Source of the DNA: Candidatus Latescibacterota bacterium
Lineage (GTDB): Bacteria; Latescibacterota; UBA2968; UBA8231
DNA length: 64,000 nucleotides
Reading direction: 5' to 3'
Assembly (NCBI GenBank): GCA_965197905.1
Contig: CBDAOB010000005.1
Location: 1,600,001-1,664,000 of the forward strand
In this document: positions 63,794 through 64,000 of the stretch, in pieces
Numbering within the stretch: position 1 is the stretch's first letter
How the letters are laid out: each line of letters opens with the position of its first letter
Made by a program: the position numbers and the translations under genes
The notes under the pieces: generated by a model
Databases searched by the model: none
Told to the model about the DNA's origin: nothing
The model's input: the letters and a program-made list of their open reading frames with translations, nothing else

Positions 63794-64000
63794 CTATGCA
63801 AAACACCCGCTGATAAAAGAACCGAAGGCGTTGTCGTCCTTCCTGTGGTTGTACTTGAAACAAGCCTCGGCCACGTAAAGCGGCGTGTAGTGATGATGCG
63901 ATCCGTACCAGGCGCGCTTGAGCAGGGACCACACGCCTTCGATCGTGTTCGTGTGAATCTCGCCATCGACGTAATGCGTGGAATGCTGAATCACGCAGTG
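63794..64000 (-). mobile_element. 3' end of an IS1595-family DDE transposase (runs off the window)
   Basis: H...YVDGEIHTNTIEGVWSLLKR...G.HH...YVAE..F.YN.R signature. Confidence 0.88.

Noticed and set aside
57655..64000. Prophage or genomic island integrated at tRNA-Leu
   Set aside because: No integrase, no duplicated tRNA 3' end and no phage structural genes seen within the window.

Overview
A roughly 60% GC bacterial chromosome segment made mostly of housekeeping genes: apt, prs, thrC, valS, murQ, hemL, gmd, gcvP/gcvT, coaE, hflK/hflC, clpP/clpX, epmA, trxA, holA, purM, hisN, a short sigma-70 factor, rph, smpB and tRNA-Leu(CAG). It ends in an accessory zone with a beta-propeller lipoprotein and an IS1595 transposase end. 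Gene content would fit an uncultured Latescibacterota/Gemmatimonadota-like organism, but that is inference only. Highlights: (1) a second PRPP synthetase paralogue that has lost its catalytic residues and shares a gene run with an intact prs, apt, a PilZ protein and a metallophosphoesterase; (2) scattered motor-switch and c-di-GMP parts with no flagellar operon in view (lone sigma-54-driven FliN, atypical receivers, an extremely acidic protein ending in SQDEIDALF, a Zn-ribbon/degenerate GGDEF fusion split at a G11 tract); (3) two unannotated highly structured candidate RNAs (about 9.9 kb and 61.4 kb); (4) a monoheme cytochrome-porin fusion; (5) several small genes missed by the ORF track. At least six genes are broken by small indels, four of them at homopolymers, which probably reflects consensus errors. 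No CRISPR array, rRNA or integrase was seen.
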